This document shows, one piece after another, positions 1-13,589 of a stretch of 64,000 nucleotides of DNA. Each line of letters starts with the position of its first letter. Within the stretch, counting starts at the first letter, position 1. The stretch covers positions 54,643,639 through 54,707,638 of the forward strand of contig NC_068995.1 of NCBI RefSeq assembly GCF_001194135.2, in the 5' to 3' direction. The notes beneath the pieces were generated by a model, which saw only the letters and a program-made list of their open reading frames with translations, did not search any database and was not told the origin of the DNA. Source of the DNA: Octopus bimaculoides. Lineage: Eukaryota. Made by a program: the position numbers and the translations under genes.

Positions 1-218
1 TGTTGTCATAGTAACCTAACAGAACTAGTACGCATAATAATGCATATATATGCATATGTGTGCGTAACTATGTACGTGTGCTCTTTTATCATTGTAGCAT
101 GCATTTACTGAATATGTATGAGTGTGTTTGCATGTGAGTGTGTGTGTATGTGTGTGATTGACAAAATGCCTGTTTGTGTCCGTGGTTTTGTTTCTGTGTT
201 TCTCCTTCGTCGCTGCTT

Positions 219-256
<38 letters not shown>

Positions 257-493
257 NNNNNNNNNNTATATATATATATATATAAGTGATTTTTAAAGGG
301 CAAATTATCCGGGAGGGTACCGTATTAGTTCTTTATTAACTTCCAGTTAAGGACTACCCCCAATGACCAGTATCCAATGCCTGCGACTACAATTAGTTGT
401 TAGTCGCTCCGTCAATTTTTCCGAATGTTTATTCCGTGTACTCTTTTCGCGGAATGGTAAAGATTGTTTGAAGCATTTTTTTTTTAATATTAT

Positions 494-811
494 TAATAAT
501 AATAAAGTGTATGTTGACTTGTACATCTACAAAATTTATTTTATAAATATACACCATATTATTATGACCAGCACATATTTTTGCTGCAGTGACTGCTCAT
601 TGTTGCAAAAGCATTCTTGCAATATTATCGCTGTAGATTCACTTCGAGGATGATCAAATGGAGGAAACCTGGTGAAGTTTCACCGACAATATTGCAAGGT
701 TGTATTTGCAACAGTGAGTAGTCGCTGCAGTGGAAACACGTGTAGGTCATTATAATATGCTATAAATAAATTTTGTGGATGTACAAATCTCCATAATCTT
801 TATTATTATTA
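494..811. repeat. Foldback (long imperfect inverted repeat), possibly inverted Penelope-like terminal repeats
   Basis: Arm anchors: GTACATCTACAAAATTTATT (521-540) vs AATAAATTTTGTGGATGTAC (765-784), 19/20; CTGCAGTGACTGCTCATTGTTGCAAA vs TTTGCAACAGTGAGTAGTCGCTGCAG, 23/26; CTTGCAATATT / AATATTGCAAG, perfect. Confidence 0.85.
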
Positions 812-1604
812 AGGTATATATATATATATATATATGTATTACATGCAATATGCATAACACTCACACACGCCAGCATGCTCACATTTGTGTTGCATAGTGT
901 TTGTATGTGCAGGTGCATGTAAGTAGTATAAGCGCGGTTATGAGTGACAAATGACAAAGTAGAACCATCAAATAATATACAATTCTCATATCTAGCAACT
1001 CCTCTCTGATTCTAATATCTAGTGGTTCTCTTGACACATTGTAGACTTTATGTTTCCCTCATAATTAAAAATTGTCTTCTAATTAATATCGTAATATAAT
1101 TTTGTAAAGTATATTCTGCATATAATAACAAATTCATTGTGGATGAATCGATTTATCTTTGTTTTTGCTATTTTACGTGTCTCATTGTAAACAACATTGT
1201 AAATAATTAATATAACAGACTTAGTCAGTTAGAAATGTCTTATATTACGTTAGAGTTTGTTAATTTAGTATCATCTGTTTATCTCTAATATACATCATTC
1301 ACACCGTAATAAACAGGACTGCGCCTGTTCGCTATATCCGCCACAATTTATTTCCGGTGGTTTTGCAATTTTTACAGCTCAGAAAATATTTGTGCTTTCG
1401 TGTGCAACTTCTGTGTAGACGACATGAGCAACGTCTGCCGTAAATTGCCTGATGTACATTGTGTTATATAATTTTAGTCGTAAACAATATCTAAAAACGG
1501 TTTACTTTACAGTAGACAGAATTATTCATAATACTGTCTGTGAAAAAGATTATCAAATACAGATCGTGAAATCGATTGTAATTGAATATTTAGCAGTGTT
1601 TTAA

Positions 1605-1651
<47 letters not shown>

Positions 1652-1711
1652 NNNNNNNNNNNNNNNNNNNNNNNNNNNNNNNNNNNNNNNNNNNNNNNNA
1701 TATATATATGC

Positions 1712-1790
<79 letters not shown>
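1712..1790. repeat. (AG)n microsatellite
   Basis: Direct reading. Confidence 0.95.
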
Positions 1791-2084
1791 GATAGATGTG
1801 ATAGATGTATATGCTGGTGTGCATTTTTGCGTGTACATGCGTACTGTGAAACTGTGAAAGAGAGAGATTCGCACTAATAATTCAGAACAGCAGAATGACT
1901 TCCGTATCCCGGCGTTTCGATACTACCTTACATTTACGTATTTACGTCTAGTTATCTTCCATTTCATTATTTTATAAAATAAAAAGGCTTAAACTCGGGA
2001 TTCTGGCTGTATGTTCAGAATTCTGTTTGAGTTGTCTAACGTCCATGCTTGCATACAAATGTATAAATGCTCTAATATGAACAC

Positions 2085-2200
2085 CGGAAGGATGAACGGC
2101 AAAGTCGACCTCGGCGGAATTTGAATTAAGAAATTAATAAGGACGAAATTCGTCTCAGTAAATTTCCCGCCGTGCTAACGATTCTACCAACTCACCACTT
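2085..2200 (-). mobile_element. SINE family A, partial (head region)
   Basis: GGATGAACGGCAAAGTCGACCTCGGCGGAATTTGAA...CCCGCCGTGCTAACGATTCTACCAACTC matches family A. Confidence 0.75.
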
Positions 2201-2301
2201 TAGTAGTAGTAAATTTTGAATTATAACAGTTTTGTCTCACACATTATAAACAGTAGAACATAAACCCGTAAAACATGCAATCAAATATTGATATCGCAAT
2301 T

Positions 2302-2610
2302 AATAACAAGGGCACTCAGAGAGCGCGAACCTCCGCCAAGGCAATGCCAACGTCCTCTCAACAGTTAGCCAGAGATGATTTTTAAAATGAGAATACCTGA
2401 AATAAACTAGAGTTCTCTTACAAGCAAGAATACTAAAAGTGAATCCGACCGTTGTCAAACATTAAGTAAAAAAAAAATACGGATAAATAATCCAGAGTCT
2501 TTGTCCGGTACTGGATCGATCTCCAAAAATAATCAGTTCGTGCCAGTCACGAGGACAAATATCCTTGGATGTTTCATCCGAATCTATCCAGCGGTTCTTG
2601 GGATATGTCT
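2302..2610. mobile_element. Interspersed repeat, MITE-like (ACCTCCGCCAAGG motif)
   Basis: Contains AACCTCCGCCAAGGC and GTTTCATCCGAATCTATCCAGCGGTTCTTG, motifs recalled from non-autonomous DNA elements of aquatic animals; single copy in this window. Confidence 0.35.
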
Positions 2611-5600
2611 AAGAAGCCCGCACAACTTTTGCATTTTTCGCACTTAATTTGTTTTGCAACAAAACGAAATGAAATATTGCTTTTTAAAGACAGAGACGAA
2701 ATTATTTCATCTTGAAGCTATCAATCTTTGTACCAGTATATGAAGCGAGACAAGTTTTAATACTCCATAACTCTATACATACCCTTACACACACACTCAC
2801 GGACGCATAGTCAACGTTCAATAAGTATATATGTATACGCGTATGGTTTTTGCTGTGGTTATGTTAGAATTCTCTATTATTAACAATCCGTACATTGAGA
2901 CGTAGGTATAGTGGTTATAACAGGTTAGCACGTGTTCTTTCCGTATTAGTCATTGAAGTAAAAGATAATCTAATATGAAGCTTTTCCGGTCTTAATAATT
3001 CTAAATATATATTATACGGATGAAAGAGAATCCCTATCGATTTTGCACTATACTCTCTACAATTTCCTCAAGATGTGTGCCATACCGGTAAAATGCAAGA
3101 CTAGGTTTGAAATATTCAACCGAACCTCTCCAGTACGACTTAAAGGAAATTAATAATTATTGCAGTATAAAATGTATAAAATATTTTGCAGTATAAGATA
3201 ATGGTATCGCTCCCCATTTTCTACATAAATATTTCCCAACATAGGAAGCCTTAGTTTTTCTATTATAAATATTGAAAAAAAAAAAAATCTGTAGTTCATA
3301 ATATTTTTTATATTCTTCTTTCTTATCATTATTTATCTGAGCAATCCCTGGGTGTACGTCTCTTCATATTATTGGTAAATGAATTTTTAATTCCTATACC
3401 TTTCCATTTTCTGTATTATCCTTTCCTCAAACATCGAATTTTGTTTCTATAAATACCGTCTAAAGTTCATATTTTGCTTTTGCTTCGTAGATATTTTACG
3501 AACATCGGATATATAGATTTGAAATTTCCCTGTTCTCCTCTCTAGATTATATTCTAAATGTGTGTTTGGTAAGTTCACGAGCTTCGGATTAAATGCAATC
3601 TAACAATACACAAATACTATATATAATCTACATGTAATCTTCATTTCACTCTCAGTGTATGTTTCATATAACAGAATAAGAAAGCGTCTAAGATAAAAGC
3701 TATATTGTCTGTATATATCTCGACCATATCATCATCCAATATTTTTACAATTTTACTCCCTTCTTTTGTCGAATTAATACGAGTAAGAGGAATACAATCT
3801 TATATCATCCAATATCATTTCAAATGCAGTAAGAAAGTATTTCATGGCAGAATTTATTATAAGCTATAGATTGTTTTTGTTGAATATGCATTGCAGTCTT
3901 ATCCTTCCATATAAATGGTTGCGTAGGAAGCAGAAGACACAGTGTGAATACACAGACACACACGCATACACACATATACACATGCACCCATATATATATG
4001 TAGGTAGATAGACAGATATACATACATAAATTCATATACTTATATATATATATATATNNNNNNNNNNNNNNNNNNNNNNNNNNNNNNNNNNNNNNNNNNN
4101 NNNNNNNNNNNNNNNNNNNNNNNNNNNNNNNNNNNNNNNNNNNNNNNNNNNNNNNNNNNNNNNNNNNNNNNNNNNNNNNNNNNNNNNNNNNNNNNNNNNN
4201 NNNNNNNNNNNNNNNNNNNNNNNNNNNNNNNNNNNNNNNNNNNNNNNNNNNNNNNNNNNNNNNNNNNNNNNNNNNNNNNNNNNNNNNNNNNNNNNNNNNN
4301 NNNNNNNNNNNNNNNNNNNNNNNNNNNNNNNNNNNNNNNNNNNNNNNNNNNNNNNNNNNNNNNNNNNNNNNNNNNNNNNNNNNNNNNNNNNNNNNNNNNN
4401 NNNNNNNNNNNNNNNNNNNNNNNNNNNNNNNNNNNNNNNNNNNNNNNNNNNNNNNNNNNNNNNNNNNNNNNNNNNNNNNNNNNNNNNNNNNNNNNNNNNN
4501 NNNNNNNNNNNNNNNNNNNNNNNNNNNNNNTATATATATATATATAAACACATGTATGTATAAACATATATTGTATAAATATATATATGTGTGTGTGTGT
4601 ACATATGTGTGTGTACATATGTGTGTGTACATATGTGTGTGAGGGAGAGCATGATAGAGAGATATATAAATAGATAGAGAGAGATATTTGTACAGTCTTG
4701 TTCTAGTCACAACGTATACAACTTGCAATTGGTTTATCATGTTAATTGTGTATGTGTGATGCACGAAAATGAGGTTCTGAATGTTAATTTGTACATAATT
4801 ATATTATGCCTACGTTACTGCATATGCAGATATAAGAAAAAATAGATATAATTACACTCAAGTAGCAACCAGCACACATGTACACTACTCGGTGTCTATG
4901 TGAGAAGTTTTTTTTTTATGTTTGTGCTTGTGACATGTGTGTGTGTGTGTGTGTGTTTGTGCTGTAAGTGTCTGTGTCTTTTTTATTGTGCTTATGTGTA
5001 TGAAATGTTTCCTTCACCTTTAAAATCGTGTACAATGTAGCAATTATTTACATAATGATCTTTACCTCCGAATCTACTTCTATAATATGATGAAAATGGA
5101 AATCCAAGTTGTCTAATAGAGAATTTTTTTTCTTTTAATTATTCAAAATTAGTCCAGTATGACTGAAACATGAAGTATGTAGAAAATATTTTTTACAAGC
5201 AAAATGCAACACATATTTTTAGAAGTTACAGTGTTAATCGCAGAAATCGTTTGACTTCGCCAAATTTTGGGTAATGTTTGAAAGGTTTTCGTGCATCATG
5301 CTTATCCAGGCGCATATCCAGTGTGGTATATATGAGACAACTTGTCACGAAAAAAATAACATTGTTTTACAGAATGGCCTAAACATGTTCAAAGCCAGGG
5401 AATCATGCAGAAACATGTGTATGCGTGTATACGTATGTGCGTGCGCGCGCGTGTGTGTGTGTAAGAGCGAAAGAGAGAGAGAGAGAGACTATCTGTCTCT
5501 CTATCTCTTTCTGTTTATACGAGGTATCGTTGCACATTTTCTCTCTGTCAATATGTTAAATTGTATTCTATAGTCTACGCGAACTTAATGTAATGGAATT

Positions 5601-5804
5601 TTCAAAGACTTCAGACATAAAAACAAACAGAAGAAAATATATATAGAAATAAGCACCTAGAATATGAGTAAAATGTAATTAACATTTCTCTATAAGAACG
5701 GAACAGACAAGTGTTCAAATTTCCGAAATTGATCATTATCCAATTAAATTTTGAAAACCAAATAGAATTGATTTGTGAAAGAAAAATTGTATGCGGCAAA
5801 GAGA

Positions 5805-6135
5805 GGGAGAGATAGATACATATATAGAGGGATGGATAGATGAATGGATGGATGGATAGATGGATAAATGGTGGGATGGACAGACAGACAGATAAACAGA
5901 GAGACAGATAGCTGAATAGATATATAGATAAATCAATAGATGGATGGATGGATAGATGGATTGATAGATTGGTGGAATGGACAGGCAAATAGACATACAG
6001 ACAAACAGATAGATGGATAGATAGATGGATAAATCGATAGATAGATAGCTAGACAAATAGAAGAATGGATACATAGATGCATAGATAGATAGAGAGAGGG
6101 AGAAGAAAGAAAGAAAGAAAGGAACAAAGAAAGAA
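5805..6135. repeat. Compound (GATA/GGAT/GACA/GAAA)n microsatellite
   Basis: Direct reading of tetranucleotide arrays. Confidence 0.95.
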
Positions 6136-6501
6136 AGAAATTGGCACTGTGAAGAGAAGACGGAAACCGAAGTGACGATCTGTAGAGATTAAAACGGCCT
6201 GCAATTTTCCCTTCAGCCACTAGAAGTCGCCCTCTGAACTGGTCTGACTATTATTTTCCAATCAACAACGCATACAATGAAGCACTTAGTAAGATTGTTT
6301 TTTTTTTTTTTTTTTGAGCATAAAATATCAATTGTCACTGAAGGACGAATTAAATCCATGTAAGTTGGTGATAAACTGGATTACAGGTGAGTTATTGCAG
6401 CCAAAGCTGGCGCAAGTAGGTGAAATCGGACAAGTGTGGAAAACGAAATAAACTGCAGCATGAGAGAGCGCATGTTTCTATCTAAATGCTGTTTGCGTAA
6501 C

Positions 6502-6551
6502 AGATACATAGATAGATAGATAGATAGATAGGTCAATAGGTCGATAGATAA

Positions 6552-6602
<51 letters not shown>

Positions 6603-6660
6603 CACGGATACATAAATAAATAAATAAGCAGATAGGTATGTATGTACAGAGGTAGTACGG
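6502..6660. repeat. (GATA)n microsatellite
   Basis: Direct reading. Confidence 0.95.
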
Positions 6661-9600
6661 GCAAATATGTACATACAAAGACACACACAAGGCGACAGAA
6701 AAGAATGTCCATATACACATAAATACACACACATACATACTCAAACACACAAGCACTCACGCATACACATATGGATATGCAGGAGACACGCATGCATGTG
6801 TACATACGTACGTACATACATACATACGCACACCGGCACGCATGCACACGCACGCAACAAGGCATCAAGCAAAGAAAGGTAGCCACCGCATAGGACTAAC
6901 ACGAAAGTCATTGAGAAAATTGCAAGCAGCAACGAAAGAGCTTTGGCAAACAAAAACAGAATAAATGAGTTACTGTTGAACCTTATTAAACAAACAATGA
7001 AATAGTCAGTTGGATATTCAACCTATTATCTTATAATAAAGGAGTGGAATTGAAGCAGTGCGTATGTTAATAATATTGAGTTAATGACTCTCTCTAGGCA
7101 CAACAAAATTTATTCCAATTCACGAACTCACGTAAAGAATCTTGCAAACCAGATACAAACACGGAGTTGATATAATCGGCTCTTTAACATTGACAACTTC
7201 GTATGCTTCTCAATCGAACTTCTTACAAACTTTGATTTGCATATCAGTTTCTCCGCAATTATCATCTCATTGTTTAATCAGTGACGTACAACTATAATTA
7301 ATCAATGTCATGTATATTTTTTCACAATATTATGTCTTTATTATTTTGAAGCATAAATCCAATTATTATACTTTGCTTCCGATAATTCCTGCTTGATATC
7401 ATTAAGAAACATTTGAAATGCAAGATACTAGACAGATATCCTTACATGTTGAAATAAATATTTGCATCGCTACGTAATTCAGATTATTATTCTTTATTCA
7501 AAAGTAAATATAATTACACACACGCGCGAATAGATTCTCTCCGTAACAACAAATACCGTAGTTGTTGGTATTGTTCTTCTTTCGTGATATATCAAGACTG
7601 TTTTAACAACCATATATTGCAATACACCTCAGACGCATTTGTCCTGTATGTTTCCCAATTACTTATTATCTACAATAATTCTTTCGAATCCTCTTTTGGA
7701 TAAAGGACATGTTTATATATATTTCTCTGTAGATTGAAGAAAAAATCAAGGAATAAATTTAATCGATTTTCAGTTCATATTTGGGTCTCAGCGGAGGTAT
7801 CTAAATCTGTTGTCCACTTTCCTCAAAACATGCCTCTATAAGAGAGCCTCAGTGTCTGGTTTTGATTGTGATGTTTCCATATTGCTTTCTCGACATTATT
7901 GACCAGAAATGACAAAATATTTGCATTAAGATTAGCGCAAAATAGCGACTTATATAATTAGCTAAAGTACAGCAAACATATTACTTATTGTCATTATATC
8001 CACTAAAATGCATTGTAAACAATGTCTTGCTACGAGGAAAATTCAATTTTCCGCATTCAGATTTCTATGATTCGCATAAAAATAATATACGATGCCAAAT
8101 ATTATTTGTAACTCTGCACAAAAAATGCATCTTCACTACAAATTGTATTACCCAACCTTATATATTTGTTCACATTAAGTTATATATGATTTTCTCCAAT
8201 AAACCAAGAGAGGTTCCTATAATCTTATTGAAAATTCCTATTATCCTCTAGACAAAGACAGAGATATTATCTCCCCTTATCCTTGCCCCATTCTATCTAA
8301 CTTACAAAATATTTATATAAACATATATAAGTAAAACCGTGTTGATAGGTTGTCGTTTTCTGTATAGTTTATGGGTGTTAAATGATTATACATGCTGCAT
8401 AAATGTAATATATATCTTCTTGATTTAATTTCAATGCTCTTCCCCTGGAAATAAATGGGTGCTGTTACATGTTCAGGTTTGCTTATTTATATTATTATTT
8501 TTAGTATTAATGCAATGATTTAATATAAAAATTGAGTCTGGTATGTTCTCTCTAGCTAACAAACATTTGATATATTTTTCCTGTTTAAACAGTTATGAAA
8601 GATGTTTGCATGAGCAACCTAGCATTAGGCTGGCTATATATTCAAGACGCAGCAGAGAGAACTATTCAGTTATAACTGCTTTCATAAAAACCTATTCGTT
8701 TTCAATTCATCCGGAAAATAATGCAGAAATATTTGAAAGAAATCCGAACTTATGAGATGTAAAGTACACATGTTTGATGAAGCTTACCCTAGCTGTTGTA
8801 TTAGTTTTATCTTGTCCAACGTTTAGCATACAGTATTTGCTTCGTAGTTGCTTTAGTTTCAGTGATATTTCGTTATGAATGGGAATCGCTCTTTATTGAT
8901 TTACTAGGAATATGAAATACTTTTAACTTAAACAAATATAACTATACATATTAGGACGTGTTTGTCTCTGTGTGCGAGTATGCGAGTGTATTTATTATTA
9001 TTTATACTTACGCACATGTATATATGTAAATGTGTATGAGAAGTTATATACACGTGTGAATAAGATTCGTAATTCAGCCGCAAGAATGAGTGCAAATTTT
9101 CGATTTAAAATTTTCCATAAATGAAGTATAAGAAACATTTCCATATCTATTTCATTTGCATTTCATTTAGATATTGAGATATAAGCCAAAAAAATACACA
9201 ATTATTAAAAAGAAATTGTAGATTTATTGTTTCCATCGAAATACAAATATTATACTTACAGAAAGAAAAATAATTTATTTTGCCTGCCAACAATTTCTAA
9301 TATATATCTTGAAACTTTTTGTCCAATATTCTTTACTTGTTCGTAGCATAAGATTGATCGTCGGGTTAAAATTGCGAACAGTTTAAAACTACTACATTCA
9401 TGCTTTTATTAAATATATAATAAAGTGGTTAGTATGAGGAAGTCTAAATCAGCGATACAGGAAATTAATGATATCCAATCTTGTTAAAATGCTCAAAGAT
9501 CGCTGCACCTTACTAGATTATTACGCTAGAAAATGTTCCAGCTCTTTTTCAGGTAAAATTAAAGAAACCGACCATCGTGTCCCATTGTTTACTCAAGCAT

Positions 9601-9817
9601 ATATTGAATAAATTTTTTTTTACAGATCATATTTCTAACTTCAATAAAGTTTCTTTCAGCTTTCACATAACATTCATATGAACATTATACAGTGTATTTT
9701 TTTCTAAAGTATATATGGACGGGCGTGCACACACACACACACAAATGCACGAACGTATATATATATATATAGATATATACACACTTATGTAGATACATCT
9801 ATCCATCACTCTCTCTC

Positions 9818-9819
9818 AC

Positions 9820-9885
<66 letters not shown>
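9818..9885. repeat. (TG)n(TA)n microsatellite
   Basis: Direct reading. Confidence 0.95.
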
Positions 9886-9887
<2 letters not shown>

Positions 9888-12059
9888 CATATGGAGAAAG
9901 ACAGAAAGGGAGAAACAGTGCGTGAGGCGTAAACTTATTTCATTTAACCTTCCTCTTAACACTTCAATATCTGTGAGTTTGATAGCTCTCCACCACAAAC
10001 TATTTCATAAATTGTTCAGGATGCCCTACTATGTATCCATGCACGATTCAAAGAATAGAAAGCAATACTTTCATGCAGTATCTTATGTAAGAAATATGCA
10101 AATGACCACACTGATCCGAAATTTAGAGCTATTACTATTACTTGCAGGGAACACAACACAAAATGCATAGCATCTCTAGACGCATAGAAAGCTCACCAAA
10201 AAAAAAAAAAAAAGACGACGGATTATTTTAAGAATGCACCAGCATAATTTTACCCATCATGAGTAAAGGAAATTGAAAGAAATATAGAAATAAATGTTAT
10301 AGATATACATATTACACGCGAGATTTCTATCATAAACGATCGATAACACATGTCGACGGTCAAGCCTGACCTCGTTCTACAACATCGAATTAGGCTTTGT
10401 ATGGAAATCCAGAATATTAAATAAACTCCCCCTCAAAACTTCCGAAACATTTATACAAATATAACACCCATGATATAAAATAATAGTTAATAGACACCAC
10501 ACAACTGTACATTTACTACAGCTGTATTGTAAGGAAACAATTCTTCGCCTTCAAAATTGTGTTGTCTTTCAGTGGTTATTTGATATTGATTGTCTAAACC
10601 AATTTCGTCTCAGATCACATTCTTGTTCGATAAATATGTCATAAACATTTCAAAAGATACACATAAAAAAAAATTATCCATATGTAAGTCACATGAATAA
10701 AAAAACAGTTCTTGATACAGTCAGTCAATATAAACACTTACTCGGATACACGAGTTATTTTTTCCTGCTTTAATTCATGCGACTCATAGCCAGGTGTGTG
10801 AACGTAAATAAATATAATCTCCACTAAACAAATTGCATGATCTGCGTAAGATCTCTACTGAGTATTACTATACGGTTCGTGCTTTCGCGGATAGTAAAAC
10901 ATTTTTCAAAGTAAATGCGTCGGTATCAGGATAACGTCCGTGTTCGATGCATTTCTCGCTATTTCCCTAATTCATTGAAAGAAAACTTACTTGTCTAATA
11001 ATTAAGAAACACGTTTTAAACCATTTTCCTGTTGTTTGGTGATAATGCATTTCCTCTCTTTTAATGTATTTTAGTATATTCATTAATCCATGTCATTTAT
11101 ATTAATTCGATACATTATATAATTTAATAATTTTTAGGCAATCAAGTATTAGAATAATCCATATTTATAAATTCATTGATTTATGCTCCAAACATTGTCT
11201 TCATCTTTAATGCTCTCTTTATCCCAGATACCAATTTTTAACTGTATTTATTTCAAATGGTGTAATATTTACATAAGCAAATGCAATGTTCTCTCAGAAT
11301 GTGATCATGTATAGTTTGCGAAATAAATATCCAATTAAAGAAGTGGTTAGGTTGAACTACTTGAATATATCTACCGCAATACAATGCTGAAGATCTTAGA
11401 ACCGATGGCCATATGCAATTATGGATATTTTAAGAATATTAGCACTAACATAGTTACCTTTATCTAAAGTTGGTTCAATAAAAAGATATAGAAACACCTT
11501 AAACTTTATAGAAACCTTAAAATGCGAAAATAGGTAATCTAAGAACTCAGATACTGTAAAGAAATGGAGATTAGAAGAGATGGTAGTAGTAGTTGTGAAA
11601 TTTTTAATTTGCTTTTCATTCCTTCATATATTTACCAGCTATATAGGGACGCAAGAGCGTCTCCATATTGCTGGTAAATATAGAGTTACCGCTAGAAATG
11701 TTGTATAATTTAGTTCTGAATATAAAATATTTCAAGAAAAATAATCTTACAGTCCTAGCTGCATTGTTTCTCATCACTGAGGGATTCAGTCAAACACAAA
11801 ATATATTAAACAAGATCAACCACAGCTCTGTAAAAATATTACATATTATTATATGTGTCTTTTATATATGAATACAAGTATGTTATATTATAAATATTGG
11901 ATGTAGTATGCATATGTAGTATGTGTGTGTGTGTACTTGTGTGTGTGTGTCTGTGTGTATAATTTATTGTATAATATAAAAGTTATATATGATTTACTTT
12001 AATAATGTCTTTTATTTGGTTTATAACAATTTTGTCACTGTGTTTAATGAAAAACATTT

Positions 12060-12170
12060 TCTATTAGATCAAATCAGTACGCAACTGGTACTTAATTTGT
12101 CGATCCCGAAATGATGAAAGGCAAAGTAGAACTCGGTGGAATTTGAACTCAGAACGTAAAGACAGACAAT
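12060..12170 (-). mobile_element. SINE family A, partial
   Basis: Shares CAGTACGCAACTGGTACTTAATT...GATGAAAGGCAAAGT...GGAATTTGAACTCAGAACGTAAAGAC with the 38039 copy. Confidence 0.8.
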
Positions 12171-12344
12171 ATCTGTTTTTATATTAGATTACAGTTCATT
12201 ACAGATCTGAAATTCTGCCAAACTAAAATAATGTCAGACAAATTAATTTTATTTTCCCACGACGAATGCATAAGCATATTTCCACGAAGCCGATGTAATA
12301 TGACATCAAAATATCTTAAATGAATGGTACCTGACGCCGAGAAA

Positions 12345-12680
12345 ACCTATTTCTTCTCTTTAAAACAAATGAACATTCGTGTGCGAGGTAACTGATAAAC
12401 AGTAAAGAAGAACATTATTGACCTCATTTACATTCGACGGATTTTTGTCCTCATCTTGTTTGTTGTGAACATAAATTTCGGCTGATATACCCTCCACCCT
12501 TCATCTGGTGTCTTGGGGAATTTTCGAACCTGAGTTCTCATTCCTAAGGTATTTTTCGATGTTATTATTATTAGTAGTAGTAGTATCATTATTATTCAGG
12601 TCACTGCTTAGAATCGAACTCGGAATTTTGGGGTTAGTAGCCTGCGCTCTTAACAACTAGGCCGTATGCACGTGGACAAG
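12345..12680 (-). mobile_element. tRNA-derived SINE, family C
   Basis: Minus-strand head GGCCTAGTTGTTAAGAGCGCAGGCTACTAACCCC (A box) ... GAGTTCGATTC (B box), followed by an AAT/ACT repeat and a body. Confidence 0.65.
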
Positions 12681-13458
12681 ATGAGGACGAATATCCGTCA
12701 AATGTAAATAATGTACAAAATAATGTACGAAAATACCCCATCTCTTAAATATAGAACTGTAGTAAAGAAAAAAAACAACCCTTTTTAAGAATATTTGAGT
12801 AAGAGCCTGATTGATGAGAGTAGATTGGAAAATACTACCACGTATAAAATAAAAACGACAGAGATAAATAATAGCTAGCTTCAAAGAGAAAGCGATATTA
12901 AATATTTGTTCGATATAAGTGTAATTTTTCTGATGTTTTTCCAGAACATCCAGACACACAATATGTACAATTTGGCAACATGCCTTTTTCAAGAACATTA
13001 TTATTATTATTATTGTAGGATTCCGTGGATGATATAAGCAAGAGAGTATATATGTTGTGTATAAACTTTATTACCTGAATTGGAAGGATTCCAGGCTGGT
13101 CAACGTCATAAAAACGTGTTTTAAGCAGTGCAGTCTCATGTTTTATATAACGTGATATATTTATATAATAGAGTGATAATTCGTTCTATGACATTGTGAT
13201 AAATATAAAAAAAAAGCTGAACTATGTTAGTAAACTGGCTAATAAGGAATTATATAAATACCACGTTTGTGTGTGTTTGTGCTGATATTTCTAACATGTA
13301 AAGGTTTTTTTCAACCCTCTTAGTTACAATTGTGACTTGTTCATAATCATATAGGTCTTTTTCTATTTTATGAATACTTGTTTGGCCATTGATATATATT
13401 CATAAATAATCTACCTTATAATATATCCTTCGTAATGCTTTTACATTACTCTCTACTC

Positions 13459-13496
<38 letters not shown>

Positions 13497-13589
13497 CACG
13501 CATATACGTGTAAAATTTAAGTCTATTTTATTGTCATTGTCTCATTGTCGTCATTATTTTGGCCATTAACAACCACTTCGCTAAGAAAT

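Noticed and set aside
3820-4764. Long ORFs of 190-460 aa in the track (also 22304-23478, 45900-46883, 49002-49746, 51314-52288, 53299-54864)
   Set aside because: They run through N gaps and (TA)/(CA)/(GATA) microsatellites; artefacts.
5240-5400. Minus-strand KTMLFFS*QVVSYIPHWICAW resembling GPCR TM6
   Set aside because: In-frame stop, no flanking TM segments; probably chance.
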